Numbered from the stretch's first letter, positions 48,176 through 59,411 are shown. The stretch is DNA of 64,000 nucleotides from Amoebophrya sp. A120 (GCA_905178155.1 CAJINV010000014.1:2265923-2329922), one strand, 5' to 3'. Numbers and translations: made by a program. Notes: a model not told the origin generated them from the letters alone.

Positions 48176-50383
48176 TCACAGCGCATTTTCGTCGCTGGAA
48201 TCCTCGTCCTCGGTTCCAGATAGGTCGTCGTCGTCCGAATCTTCCTCCTCGTCCTCACTGTCACTGTTTTTACTGCTGCGCTTCTTCAAGCTGTTTTTAC
48301 TACTTCGCTTCGAGGTCCTCTTCGAATTTCGGGAGGTTTTGGTGTCGTCTTTTGTAGTTGTACCATCTCCTGCAGCTGCTGAACCAGACCCACCAAAAGC
48401 ATTGTCGCCTTGTCCCGACGGCGCTCCCCTCGGTGAAGCAGAACTACCGTCAGCACTTTTCTGGACGGACGTTGTGCCGATATCCGTCATGGAAATCCCT
48501 TGGTCCATCGTCATATCGAACTCTTCGGCGTCGCCTTCCGCATCTTGGTTCCCGATCAAGTTTCCCCGCTGTTGCAGCATCAACACCGAGCGGCCCGCTT
48601 TCCTTGTTTCGGACGGAAGGATGATTTTGTCCAGGAAAGAAAGTAAAGCTCCGAGCTGTTCGGTGTCGACGGTGGTTCTAGTCGCACCAGCTGCACCAGC
48701 AGCGGACAAGACTGATGCTTGTTGTTGCGTCCGACCAGCACGATCTTCTGCCACCTGCGGTGGCACTGGCATCGTCCGCGGCCCTACATCTGGCACCTTC
48801 AGGAACTGTGGCTCCTCCGCAGAAGGTTGTTCATCCCCCGGCGCACCGGTTGCCTGCGTTTTATTTTCCTCAAATTTCTTCCCACTTTGTTCTTTCACGC
48901 CGACGAGCAGCAACTTGAGCGAGCTGACGTGATTCTGTATCATCTTCAGATTTCCCACTTTCGCTAACTCCACAATGTCCTCTCGTACCTCCGCCAGCCG
49001 GTCTTGCAGTTCCGGGGCGTATAGATCCTTTTCGAAGGGGTACCTTTTCTTTTTCGTGGTGTTTTCATTTTCATCAACTCCGGGTCCTGCAGTAGATGAA
49101 GTATTTCCTTCTTTCGCTTCCTTCAGCGTTGTCACCACGTGCTGTAATTCCGAAAAGCGCTCCAAAAACTCCTCCACGTTCAAGTAGTGCAAATCTCGCT
49201 GCAGCCTGCGCAGAGCCACGTCCGTTTCGTCCATGAATTCCGATGCGTACTGTTCGGCGCTCCTCCCACGGAGCCGCAACCCGATTTTTCTCGACAAGTA
49301 AGCGCTCGCCCTGTTTAGCGCGGAGGAGTCGTCCAGTTGCTGAATCTGCTCGTCTTTTTGATTCTTCAACAAATAACTCTTCCGGGTTTCGTCCGCCTTT
49401 TTCTGCTGTTGAATAAACTTCTGGTCGATCACCTGCTTCAGAGACTGCTTCACGGTTTGTCGGGTAGATGGATCAACTACAGCTTGTGCATCGTCCAAAG
49501 TAGCTTCCTCTTCACCTGCATTACCCTCCTCCTGCTTCTCTGCGGCTGAGTCCCTCGTTGCGCCGGCAGGACCCTTGTTCTTCTTTCGTCCCGATGCAGT
49601 AGTTGTGGTAGTTTTCACGTGATCTAGAAGTCTCCTCAGTTCGTTCCTCGTCATGCGGCGATTCTTCAGCAATTCCAAGTCTTCCGCAGACGCCCCCTGG
49701 TCTCCCAGCATTTCCACTTGAGACAATCTACCATCGTCATCGAGAGGCGCGCCGGACCGTTCCGCGGCACTCATCCTCGCAGTTTTATTAACATTCCTCT
49801 TCGCCGCCGCTGCACTACTAGCCGCCGCTGCATTCTTTGCGAAGTTGGCATTCACGACCGAGGAAAACCTTAATCCCGTGATGGTAGAACCACCGGCGGC
49901 GGCACTTGAAGACCTCTCAGATGTTTTTGAAATGTTCGCCCTCATAAATTGCTCCTTTTTCTCGCGAATCTTTTCGTTCGCCAGGTTTATGAATTTCAGT
50001 TTTCTTTCCTCCCGGATTTTCGTCTGTTTCTTCAATCCGGATTCCAACGCAGTTTTGATCTTCTGTTTGTGGGAATCGGTGAAGCGAGTGTCGTTTTCCA
50101 AAATTTTCTCGAACTCGTGCGCGTTCTGCTCCTTTAGTGCGAGGGCAACTTGCTCCAACTTCGAGAACGTGAGGGAAGATGATGTTGTGGATGTCTCAGC
50201 ATCATCATTATCAGCTGCGCTTGCCGATTTCGCTTTCTTGTTTGTTTTTTTCTGAAGAGCCGCTGCGGCTGCTGCAGCCTCACTTGCGGTCTTTGCGGAC
50301 GCTTTATCAACCTCTTCGAGAACTTCGAAGATCTCGCCGGTGGTCAGCTTCTGCAGAATAATTTGCGTGATGTCGGTCTTCAT
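48176..50383 (-). CDS. Uncharacterised coiled-coil-rich protein with acidic C-terminus (735 aa)
   Basis: Long uninterrupted ATG-to-stop ORF with K/E/A-rich helical segments; no domain recognised. Confidence 0.8.
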   Translation of the reverse strand: MKTDITQIILQKLTTGEIFEVLEEVDKASAKTASEAAAAAAALQKKTNKKAKSASAADNDDAETSTTSSSLTFSKLEQVALALKEQNAHEFEKILENDTRFTDSHKQKIKTALESGLKKQTKIREERKLKFINLANEKIREKKEQFMRANISKTSERSSSAAAGGSTITGLRFSSVVNANFAKNAAAASSAAAAKRNVNKTARMSAAERSGAPLDDDGRLSQVEMLGDQGASAEDLELLKNRRMTRNELRRLLDHVKTTTTTASGRKKNKGPAGATRDSAAEKQEEGNAGEEEATLDDAQAVVDPSTRQTVKQSLKQVIDQKFIQQQKKADETRKSYLLKNQKDEQIQQLDDSSALNRASAYLSRKIGLRLRGRSAEQYASEFMDETDVALRRLQRDLHYLNVEEFLERFSELQHVVTTLKEAKEGNTSSTAGPGVDENENTTKKKRYPFEKDLYAPELQDRLAEVREDIVELAKVGNLKMIQNHVSSLKLLLVGVKEQSGKKFEENKTQATGAPGDEQPSAEEPQFLKVPDVGPRTMPVPPQVAEDRAGRTQQQASVLSAAGAAGATRTTVDTEQLGALLSFLDKIILPSETRKAGRSVLMLQQRGNLIGNQDAEGDAEEFDMTMDQGISMTDIGTTSVQKSADGSSASPRGAPSGQGDNAFGGSGSAAAGDGTTTKDDTKTSRNSKRTSKRSSKNSLKKRSSKNSDSEDEEEDSDDDDLSGTEDEDSSDENAL

Positions 50384-51842
50384 TTTCCAGTCTTAAAGGC
50401 TCGAGGCGAGCGAGGAGATGTTGGGGTCTGAAAGAAGTGGAGGAGACAAACACAACAATTTCTTAAGCTTCAACCTTACTTAATAAAGTTGATTTACAGA
50501 CCGGAACGGTAAATAAAGTATCTGGTGGTCATCTTACTTTTATGGGTTTTTTATTTTTTTTGGTTGGTAGACCTTCTATAGGAGTCGCCTGCGCGACTCA
50601 GGGGAAAGCACAAGGGTAGCTTGTTTCTTGTTTTCTGGAAGGGGTCAGCACAACTACAGTGAAAACAAAAACAAATGTCAAGCCAAATCTCGTTTATCGT
50701 ACGAAACAAATATTGCCAAGCGGGCGACCACGGACGGAGGACAACATCGGGGCCGTTGCACGAAAATCACCGAGTAGTGCAGTTCGAATGGGAATTTGCT
50801 ATGTGTCAACATAACATGGGAAAAACCGAATGTATTGAAAGCGGACGTCGCGCAGAGCAAATCCGAGTGTACGATTTTTCATGCTTGGGGAACGAGATGG
50901 ACGAAGACCGATGGTGGAAATTGATTCAACGCCTGTCGTTGACGATAAACCGAAATGAAATCTTAAAAAATCGCTTCTTGAACGAAATCCTGGCAGCACT
51001 CTAGTAGTCACCGAAAATAATTGACGATAAACACAAAGTACAAGACCAGTGCTAGCGCATCGCGTGGTGATTTTTTTGCTCCTACCGCATCTCATTTTTA
51101 ATTTGATAATGTGACTTTGCGTTTCCTGCTCTTTGCAGCGCCGCCATTGGATAGTTTTTCATCTGCCATCCTTCGAATCAGCAAAATGGAGTGCGCTTGA
51201 AGCGTCGGAAAATGAGAATTCTGCCAATAGACCACATTTTGATCCTGCGGCGATGAAGATCGAGTAAAGATGTTGAAGACAACTGCAACTGCTACATTCA
51301 CATTGACAATACCTACTAGTACGTCACTTGACGTAAAAATCTAACTGGCTAAACCAACAGATTACATACCAAGCACAGGCTCTGCTTGTTATGCTTGGAC
51401 TATTCATCTGCACAACCGCTTTGACTTTTGCAAAAGCTGTTGGATAAATATATTTTGATTTGGACTTCATCCAACTTCATCCACCTTCATCGTGTCGTTA
51501 CAATATTCTTTCTTCCTTTAACGTTAACCTTATTTACCTTTTCAAGAAAATAAACGCCACATCCTCTGCCTCAGCCTCTCGAAGAAGAAAATAAAGCAGC
51601 TTTGTTTTCTTCACAAACAAATCGTTTTCTACTGTATCAGGAGAGCCCTTCTGTGTCATAGTCATTCCAAAATGTCAAACCAAACTTGTGTTTTTTACCT
51701 TGATATTGATTTTTCTTTTTCATCCCATGATCCTGGTGATCCTCAACAGCATATTAATATAATCTTCTTTGTCTGTTACCATTTTCAATTTCACGACCCA
51801 AAGCTCGTCATTCCTTCTTCCGTTCTTGTTCCGTAGTTCTAC

Positions 51843-54800
51843 TCACGCCCCCATCACCAGCTGCGCTTTCGGGAAGATCCTCTCCACAAATCCCGCGTCC
51901 GCCTTCGACAGTTTCGAGTTTTTTTCGTCGTTGGACTTCAGCAACTTCTTCTGCAACTCCGCGTCACCGCTGGCCGCTGACAGCACCTGCGCGCAAAACC
52001 TGGCGACGTTGGACACCGAGTAGCAAATCGCGTTCGAGGAGCCAGGCGGGTTGGTCAGGCACGTGTGGTTAATGAGACCGTCCGGGGGGCAGGAGACTAC
52101 CGGGAACTTCGAGTGGAACGAAGCGGTTCCCGACAACGCGTCCGTACCTCCAGCGCAACCAACAATGATACAGGGCTGCTCCGAACGATTGTAGCTGAGA
52201 GAGGTTTTATTGCAGATGTTAAATGCTATCATGGAGTTCAACTTCATCTTGTAAAATAAAAATTGTATAGGCGAAATGCGTAGTGTCTACGTACATACTC
52301 TAGAACTAGAAAATTCAAACACGCAACACAACAAAACGAAGCACGGACTGAGTGAATAACATGAACATTTTCAGAAGGTGGAGCAGCTGCCGCTGCATAG
52401 AAGGCATTCATACATACTCATACTACCTTTTCAAAGCATCTTCCAACTTGCCCGGCTGTTTGTGCGCCGAGCAAATCCGGGTGTGCACCGCCTTGAGGCC
52501 CTGCTTCTTGCAGCTCTCCTCGATTTTCGCCAAATGGGGCGCGTCGGAATCCGATCCCGCCATGATCAGCACGACGCCGGTGCTCAACAGCTTCGCCGCC
52601 TGGAGGTTCTTGATGACCCGCTTGGCCGACGCGTTGCTGCTGCCGGTGATACTGGATGCGAACAAATCAAAGGGGAACTCCTTCCCAATGATCGTTTCGT
52701 AGACCTTGATGTACTATCAAATGCAAATATGTCTGACTTGTGATGCAAGTCAGTGAACAATAAGTGAACTGTCATGCGCAGCCAAGCATGACAAGTTTTT
52801 TCGTGCTTCTGTGATGCGCATTCCGCATGAGAAAGTGCGTTTTTGCATGACAGGCGAGAGAGGCTGTTCGTGGCCAGCACGCAATACAGAGTGCAGAGTC
52901 ATGCCAGACTAGCATGACAAAACCTTGCAATCTTCCAGACCCAGACATATCTGCAGTTGATATGTACCGGTAGCTGCACTCCACGATCTGGGCCGGGGAC
53001 AAACTGATTTCTATGACAGTGCACAACTCCCCCTCCCCGTCATTTGTCATGCAAAATACCAAATCCAGACTGTGTTTCTTAGCACTGTTTGCATGACAAA
53101 CTCCGGAAGCCCAAACAGCACTACACTCCTGTGGAAATAATTTGTCATGGAAAACCGGCATTCTTACTGACCCTTGTATTGCTTTTGCTGTTCATGCTAT
53201 ACAAATGAGGGGAAGGAGGAGTTGTGCACTGTCATAATTTCGTCCGCGGATTCATTCCCCGTGAACCCCATGTCGAGCAGGCAGTCGCGCACGTACTGTT
53301 TGCTGTATTCTTTGATTTTGTACTTGCTGAAAATCTCACTCGCCGGCATGGTCTTTCCCTTCACCGCTTCGTCGATCAATTTCCATTTCTTCTCGTACTC
53401 TTCAATGCCGCATATGCAACGGAAATTTCAATTTATTCATTCCGTGCACGTACTAATGCTATTTCATCCGCAACATGGCACCACTTTTATCTTTTTCGTA
53501 TGCAGCATACGAAAAAGATAAAAGTGGCATCGCATGCTTTAGGTTCGGAAAATTTGCATCTGCCGTGCATTTGTACGTGTGGGGTGAAATAAAATTGAAA
53601 TTTCTATTGCATACCGCACATCCGAGAGCTATCCGGCGTGTTCACTTCGTCAATCACATACAATTCGTTTGTCTCGTAGTCCAAACCGAATTCGTACTTC
53701 GTGTCGATCAGAATCAGCCCCTTTTCTTTCATCTTCTCGGATCTATCCTGTGCAAAAGTATCGTACTCGTACTAATTGCCATTATGCATGACAAATCTTG
53801 TCCTTAAGGTAAAACAGCATGACAAATTCCAGCTCTCACGCTGAGCAAATTTGTAATGCAATTTATACTAGTACGATACTTTTGCAACGCATAGGATCCG
53901 CGCTGGAACAATTTCATCGAGATGTCCTTCACTTTTGCGGCCAAATCCACTCCGATCAATTGTTCCACCTCGGCCATGGTCATGTTCTCGTCGTGCCCCA
54001 CCTCCGCCTTCGTGGTCGGCGTGAAGATCGGCTCGGCGAGTTTCTGGTAGCGGACCAGCCCGTCTGGAATCTTCAACCCGCAGAAGTCCCGATCCCCCTT
54101 CTCGTACGCCTTCGCCATGGAACCCCAGAGATAGCCGCGGACGATGCACTCCACCATCAGATTCTTCATTTTCTTCTGCACGACGACCGCCGGGTCGGGG
54201 GCGGGGGTGATGAGCGCGTTGGGGATGATGTCCTTGGTCGCGTCGAACGCCCATTCGGAGATCTTGTTCAACACGAACCCCTTAAAGGGGATCAAATTGG
54301 GCAGCACGTGGTCGATATCCTGTGCAAAAGTATCGTACTAGTATAAATTGCATGACAAATTCTGGCAAGAAGGAAAGTCAAATTTGTAATGCTGTTTTGC
54401 CCTAGGAAAAATATTTGTCATGCATATCTGCAATTAGTACGAGTACGATACTTTTGCACAGGATAGTCGAACGCAGAAACCCGGTCGTTGGTCACCATCA
54501 CCACGCTCTTATGGGGGTGTCAGGATTGAAATCGTCAAAAAATGGTTTGTCATGCACAAAATGCAATACAAAAAGTGACTCTATTGCAGAGGACGCACGG
54601 GAGGCAGATTATAGTCCTGGTAAGGGTCTTTCAAAAGTTGGACGGCTGACTAGCATGACAGAAGGTAGCTCTTTTGCCCTAAACTGCGTGACAGACTCGC
54701 TTCCAGGACCGGGAAAATTTGCCATGCACCGACTACAAACTGTGGGTCTAACTGGTATCCGTTTGATGCATGGCAAATCATTTCAACTTTGACGATTTCA

Positions 54801-56906
54801 AACCTGACACGTCCATAGTTCTCGTTCTGGAAGTAGATGTCCCGCACCTTTCCCTTCTTCGCCTCGCCCCACTCCGGGATAAACACCGCGTCCACTTCCG
54901 TTTTGTTCAGAAATTCGCTGTGGATCTTTTGCTTGTAGAGGGTTTCTTTATCCTTGATAGTACCATCGCCGTCTTTGTCGCTCGTCGTTTCCTTCGAGGT
55001 CGCGGCGGTGGAGGTGAAAAAATCGTTGTCCACCGCTTTCGTGCACGACACAGAGGGTTTCACATCCGAAACAGCAGTACTGCCCGTGGCGAACACCGGA
55101 CACAGGCGCGCATCCGCGTCTTCCAAGGACTTCACCTTTTTCGCGTTTTCGCTGCTCAAAAACTCCCCGATCTTCGGCTCCTTGCCGGAGAACATCTGCA
55201 GGCAAAACCGCGCGCAGTTTCCCGGCTTGCCGCAGAAGGCGTTGCTGCTGCCCGGCGGGTTGATCGTGCAGGTTTTGTTTTCCAGCCCGTCCGGGGGACA
55301 GGACACCACCGGCCAGATGGACAGGAAGGACGCGGTTCCGGACAAGGCGTCGGTACCGCCGGCACAGGCGATGATGCAGATCATCTGGTCGGTATCCAGG
55401 AAAAAACACCCATCGCCATCCCCATCCATGTTTTGCATGACAAACACTGGAGCTGATGCATGTTTTGCATGACAAATTGGATGGGGACGATGTGTTTCTG
55501 TTTTTTTTTTTTTGTGGATAGTCGGAGGTATTGTAGTACTTCAACACCTCGCCGAGCTTCTTCGGCTGCTTGTGCGCGGAACAAATCCGCACCTGCGTGG
55601 AGATGTTGTGCTTCGCGAACGATTTCGCGAACTCCTTCTGCAGTTTCTCGATGTGCGGCGCGTCCGAGTCGGACCCGGCAAAGATGCAGGCGAGGCCAGA
55701 CGAGAGGTACTTTTTCGCGACCAAATTCTGCAACAGCCGCTCCTTGGGCGACTTGTTGATCACCTGCGCCTTGTCCGGTAACGGGAACTTCTTGCCCGTG
55801 ATCTGCTCGCAGACGTCGATGTAGCGCTTCGCGCACTCCAGCACCTGCTCCGGCGTCAATTCGATCGCCTTGGTGGCGGTGGTAGGGTCGAATCCCATTT
55901 CCAACAGCGTGTCCCGGACGTACTGCTTCGAGAACTCCTTCACCTTCAACTTCGGATGTTCCTTCAGCAAGGCGGACACAGAGGGGTAGTCCTTGATCTT
56001 CGGTTCGATCAGCTTCCACTTCTCCTCGTACTCCGCAATGCTGCACAGACGGCTGCTGTCCGGCGTGTTCACTTCGTCGATCACGTGCAGCTTGCCGGTC
56101 TTGGGGCAAATCCCAAACTCGTACTTCGTGTCGATCAAAATCAGCCCCTGCTTCGCCATCGTCTCCTGGCCGCGCTTGAACAGCTTCATCGAGATGTCTT
56201 TGACCTGATGTAGTTTTTGCGCCATGTACTTCTAACAGCGACTTCTTGTTGATGCAGTTGTAGGTAGGACCACGTAGTCAGAGCCGACTTGTTATTTCTT
56301 TTTCGAAATTCCTAAACTCCTGCTTTATCATTTTACATCGTAGGATGACAAAATCTTGAGCATCGTGTGCTCCGTAGTTCCTACCTGCGCCGCCAAATCC
56401 TTCCCGATCAGCTCCTCCACTTCCGCCATGGTCATGTTCTCGTCGTGCCCCACCTCCGCCTTCGTGGTCGGCGTGAAGATCGGCTCGGCTAATTTCTGAT
56501 ACCGCACCAGCCCGTCCGGGATTTTCAACCCGCAGAAGTCCCGATCCCCCTTCTCGTACGCAGCCGCCATGGAACCCCAGAGATAGCCACGGACGATGCA
56601 CTCCACCATCAGATTTTTCATCTTCTTCTGCACGACGACCGCCGGGTCGGGCGAGGGGAGAACGAGGGCGTTGGGGATGATGTCCTTGGTCACCTCGAAC
56701 ATGTGCTCGGAAATGGTGTTCAGCACCTGGCCCTTGAACGGGATCAGATTCGGAAGGACAAAATCGAACGCGGACACACGGTCGTTGGTAACCATGACAA
56801 CGTCATCCTCCTGGAAATAAATGTCGCGGACCTTGCCTTTCTTCGGAAAACCCCACTCTGGCAACACCACGGCGTCGAGGCCGTAGTTTAGGAAAGACGC
56901 ATCCAT
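51843..56906 (-). CDS. PAICS: Tandemly duplicated SAICAR synthetase / AIR carboxylase fusion (PurC-PurE-PurC-PurE, ~1068 aa), 10 exons
   Basis: PurC motifs [66 protein letters not shown] and PurE motifs GSDSD, SAHK, PVVSCPP each occur twice. Exons approx. 56906-56385, 56204-55521, 55387-54818, 54504-54466, 54310-53894, 53738-53614, 53407-53237, 53006-52963, 52709-52427, 52194-51843 sum to 3207 nt. Two GT-AG introns (56205-56384, 52195-52426) and seven introners. Confidence 0.95.
52715..52962. mobile_element. Introner-like element / non-canonical intron (248 bp), family B
   Basis: TIR TATCAA(A/C)TGCA(A/G)ATATGTCTG, perfect TSD TGTAC. Junction CSYRY|IKVYET. Confidence 0.93.
53012..53236. mobile_element. 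Introner-like element / non-canonical intron (225 bp)
   Basis: TIR TATGACAGTGCACAACTCC with further similarity inwards, perfect TSD ATTTC. Junction SADEI|SLSPAQ. Confidence 0.93.
53413..53613. mobile_element. Introner-like element / non-canonical intron (201 bp)
   Basis: TIR TATGCAA(CG/TA)GAAATTTCAATTT, perfect TSD CCGCA. Junction DSSRMCG|IEEYE. Confidence 0.93.
53744..53893. mobile_element. Introner-like element / non-canonical intron (150 bp), family D
   Basis: TIR core TGCAAAAGTATCGTACT, perfect TSD GGATC. Junction FQRGS|[10 protein letters not shown]. Reverse-complement homolog of 54316-54465. Confidence 0.94.
54316..54465. mobile_element. Introner-like element / non-canonical intron (150 bp), family D
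   Basis: Perfect 24-bp TIR TATCCTGTGCAAAAGTATCGTACT, perfect TSD GTCGA. Junction VSAFD|HVLPNLIPF. Confidence 0.95.
54510..54817. mobile_element. Introner-like element / non-canonical intron (308 bp), family C
   Basis: About 30-bp TIR TATGG(GG/AC)GTGTCAGG(A/T)TTGAAATCGTCAAA, TSD GCTCT/GTTCT (4/5). Junction YFQNEN|VVMVTNDR. Confidence 0.92.
55393..55520. mobile_element. Introner-like element / non-canonical intron (128 bp), family A
   Basis: TATCCA...TGGATA ends, perfect TSD GTCGG. Junction YYNTSD|[11 protein letters not shown]. Confidence 0.93.
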
Positions 56907-57199
56907 CTTGATGATGTTTGCACTTTTGGCGCTCTTCGTTGTTCTACGACAGAGCAATGCAGATGCACAAACGCGCACAATGGTTTTGTGCAGCTGATGC
57001 GGATGATGGATCGCGTTTTGTGGAGCAAACTCGTCTGATGTCTCGTTCTCTCTACAACTTTAGTCCTCCAGCATACACTCCCTTCCTCATCTCTTGGCCC
57101 GGCTCATTCTTGAAGAACGAAGAAAAATTGTCCTATACACAGACACAGCTGCACATGCGCCAGAAACTATATCCAAATGACTGAAACACAAACAACCCA

Positions 57200-58560
57200 A
57201 CAACGCGAATGAAAGGGAAACACCTCGCCAACAAATGGGCCATCCGCAGTGCTCCAGAGGCGGCAGATTCTAGTGCCCATGACTATTCACATTGCCGGGT
57301 CTTCCCTTCGTGGCTGCTAAAATCAGGCGGGCTTGATTGTCGCCTCGCTGCGGCGACCAACCCACAACGAGCGCCCCCCTGGATGCACATCGGGGTAGGC
57401 TGCCGCCCCTGTGCCCACGGGCCACCGAGGCAGATTGACTCACGTCGGCCACGAATGACCCGAAACACACAACAGGCGCAATGAATCGGAACGATCGAAA
57501 CAAGAGGGGCCGGCGGTCGGTGCACGCCACCAAAGCAGCCGCCGCCTCGCAGACCGCCGCCCCTGCGTGCTCAGCTATGCCGCCGACCAACACTCCCGGA
57601 CTGGCCGGCGGGCCCCTTCCTCCCTGCCACACCTGCCGGCCCACGGGCCTCGAAACTTCGGGACGAACGAAGCCCAAGGCGGGGGGCGAGAGCGCCCCCG
57701 GCGTTCCGCTGCTTCTTTCCGGCAAAGCAGGCCGCGCCGTGCGTCGAATCAACGGAAGGCCCCCAACGCCCCGGGCAGCCCTGCCACCGAGGGAGGTGGG
57801 CCACGCCCAAAAAGGGCGGCGCATATCTGCGACGTGAATGATCGCGCGGCCCAGGCCGTGGGCCGACGTCTCGAGTAGGCGGCTGCTTGCGCGCACGCTG
57901 CGCTGCGGACACGCCGAAGCCATCGCATCCGCGAGCCCGAAGGCGCGACCTCGCAGAAAGTGCAGCTTCCGAGCCACCCAGCGGCCCGCCTTGGTCCGCG
58001 GGCATGGGGGGCGCAAGCGCCCCGCGTGTACCTCGGCGATTTTGGTCGGCCCAAAATGCGCCGGCGAAGGGCGCCGCAACGCCATAAACCCGCCGCGGGG
58101 GTATGAAGCACGCGGTCATGTGTCAACTGAGGACCCCCGGGGGCTGCGTACCCGCGCCGCGGGGCCATTGTAACAACTTGCCGGCGTGCATTGCCGGAAA
58201 GCGGCGGCGCTTCTCCTCGTCTATATCCAAGGGCGGGGCATTCCCTTCGCCCGATCATAGTCACCGCTTACCGAAACCAGCGCCACTGTTTTTTTTTCTT
58301 TCTGCGCAGGCATTGCGTGGAAACCGAAGACAGTCAGCAAAAACAAAAAGGGCGAGACACACGGCCAGCGGACTGCCGGCGCCGGGCTTTCGCTCCGCAA
58401 GCATGTCCGTGGCGGTGAGCGCGACAACGCCAGCCGGCGGCTAAATGCTGCGCGTAATGAAGTCGCCTCTCTTTTGCTTTGTCGGGAGGAGCGTCTCTTC
58501 GTCTCTGCTGATTATATGCGCTCGTCTTACACGGAAGCGGAACACCTTTCATTAGTCACG
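57200..58560. repeat. GC-rich non-coding island, probable repeat or insertion; boundaries approximate
   Basis: Visibly more GC-rich than its flanks, with only low-information overlapping ORFs. Composition resembles the interior of the 45395-46701 insertion. No termini identified. Confidence 0.35.
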
Positions 58561-59411
58561 AAATATCCTCGCGCTCTGCATCTTCGTCTTCACGAAGGAG
58601 CCTCGCCGCGAGGCTCTCTCATGATCTAGTAAGTAGCTCCGTTCTATCTTGAAGTGCCTCTTGCTCAGCCTCATTTTTCATTTTGGGAGGGGAATTGTAC
58701 ATCCTTCTTTGCACGGTGTGGGTCACTCACAAGTGAAAGTGATATAGAGTTAGAGACCTGCTCGGGAAGATCCTGCTACCACATCCCCAAGAACCTGATG
58801 AATGGGTATGATGAAAGGTAAGTAAATGCCTCAAAGCCCAAGGCACGATCAGAAAAATCGGCCTAGGTTGTAGTTGTTATGCCTGTCTTACCACATCTTG
58901 TGCGTCGAAGTAGAAAATGCGTAGAGAAAGATTGTACAATAATGGAGTTGTTAAATAGGGAGGAAAGGAATCGCCACTTCTATCGCAATTATACTCTTAC
59001 TCATGTTCTTCAAAATTTCTCCTTCTCGCTAGTTAGAATGTACTTCCATCATAAGTACGTCCATTGTACAAGCACCGCAGGGCGGGAGAGGGGAACCGTA
59101 CAACACTAGCACAGTCAAATCAAGTTAAAGCGTCTAACTCGTTGCCCTCGACGTGTCGCTTCAGAAAAATATAAAATATTAGAAGTTGTGCTGGGCCGCT
59201 CCTTGTAAATAATTCCTTCAGGGTCAGCTTCTGACGAAAAATGACAATGAGATGAATGCTGTCACAAATCGGGATAGAACTTCTTGGTCTCCACGGTCAC
59301 ATCGGAGGTCTACGGTCTCCACGGTCACAGTGCCCGTGAGAAATTGAGCAGCCTCTATTTCTTCATCTTCTAGGCCGGAACCCTATCTAGGTCCTCACTC
59401 GTCGTGCTTCC

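Noticed and set aside
50675-51004. 109-aa plus-strand ORF
   Set aside because: No motif, opposite to the cluster orientation, and short enough to be chance.
52711-52963. AT-AC termini in the inferred register, suggesting a U12-type intron
   Set aside because: It lacks the ATATCCTT donor and U12 branch consensus; the termini simply follow from the TSD sequence.
59286-59330. Duplicated 16-mer GGTCTCCACGGTCACA, and a similar short duplication near 41610-41660
   Set aside because: Two-copy local duplications only; not a CRISPR array or satellite.
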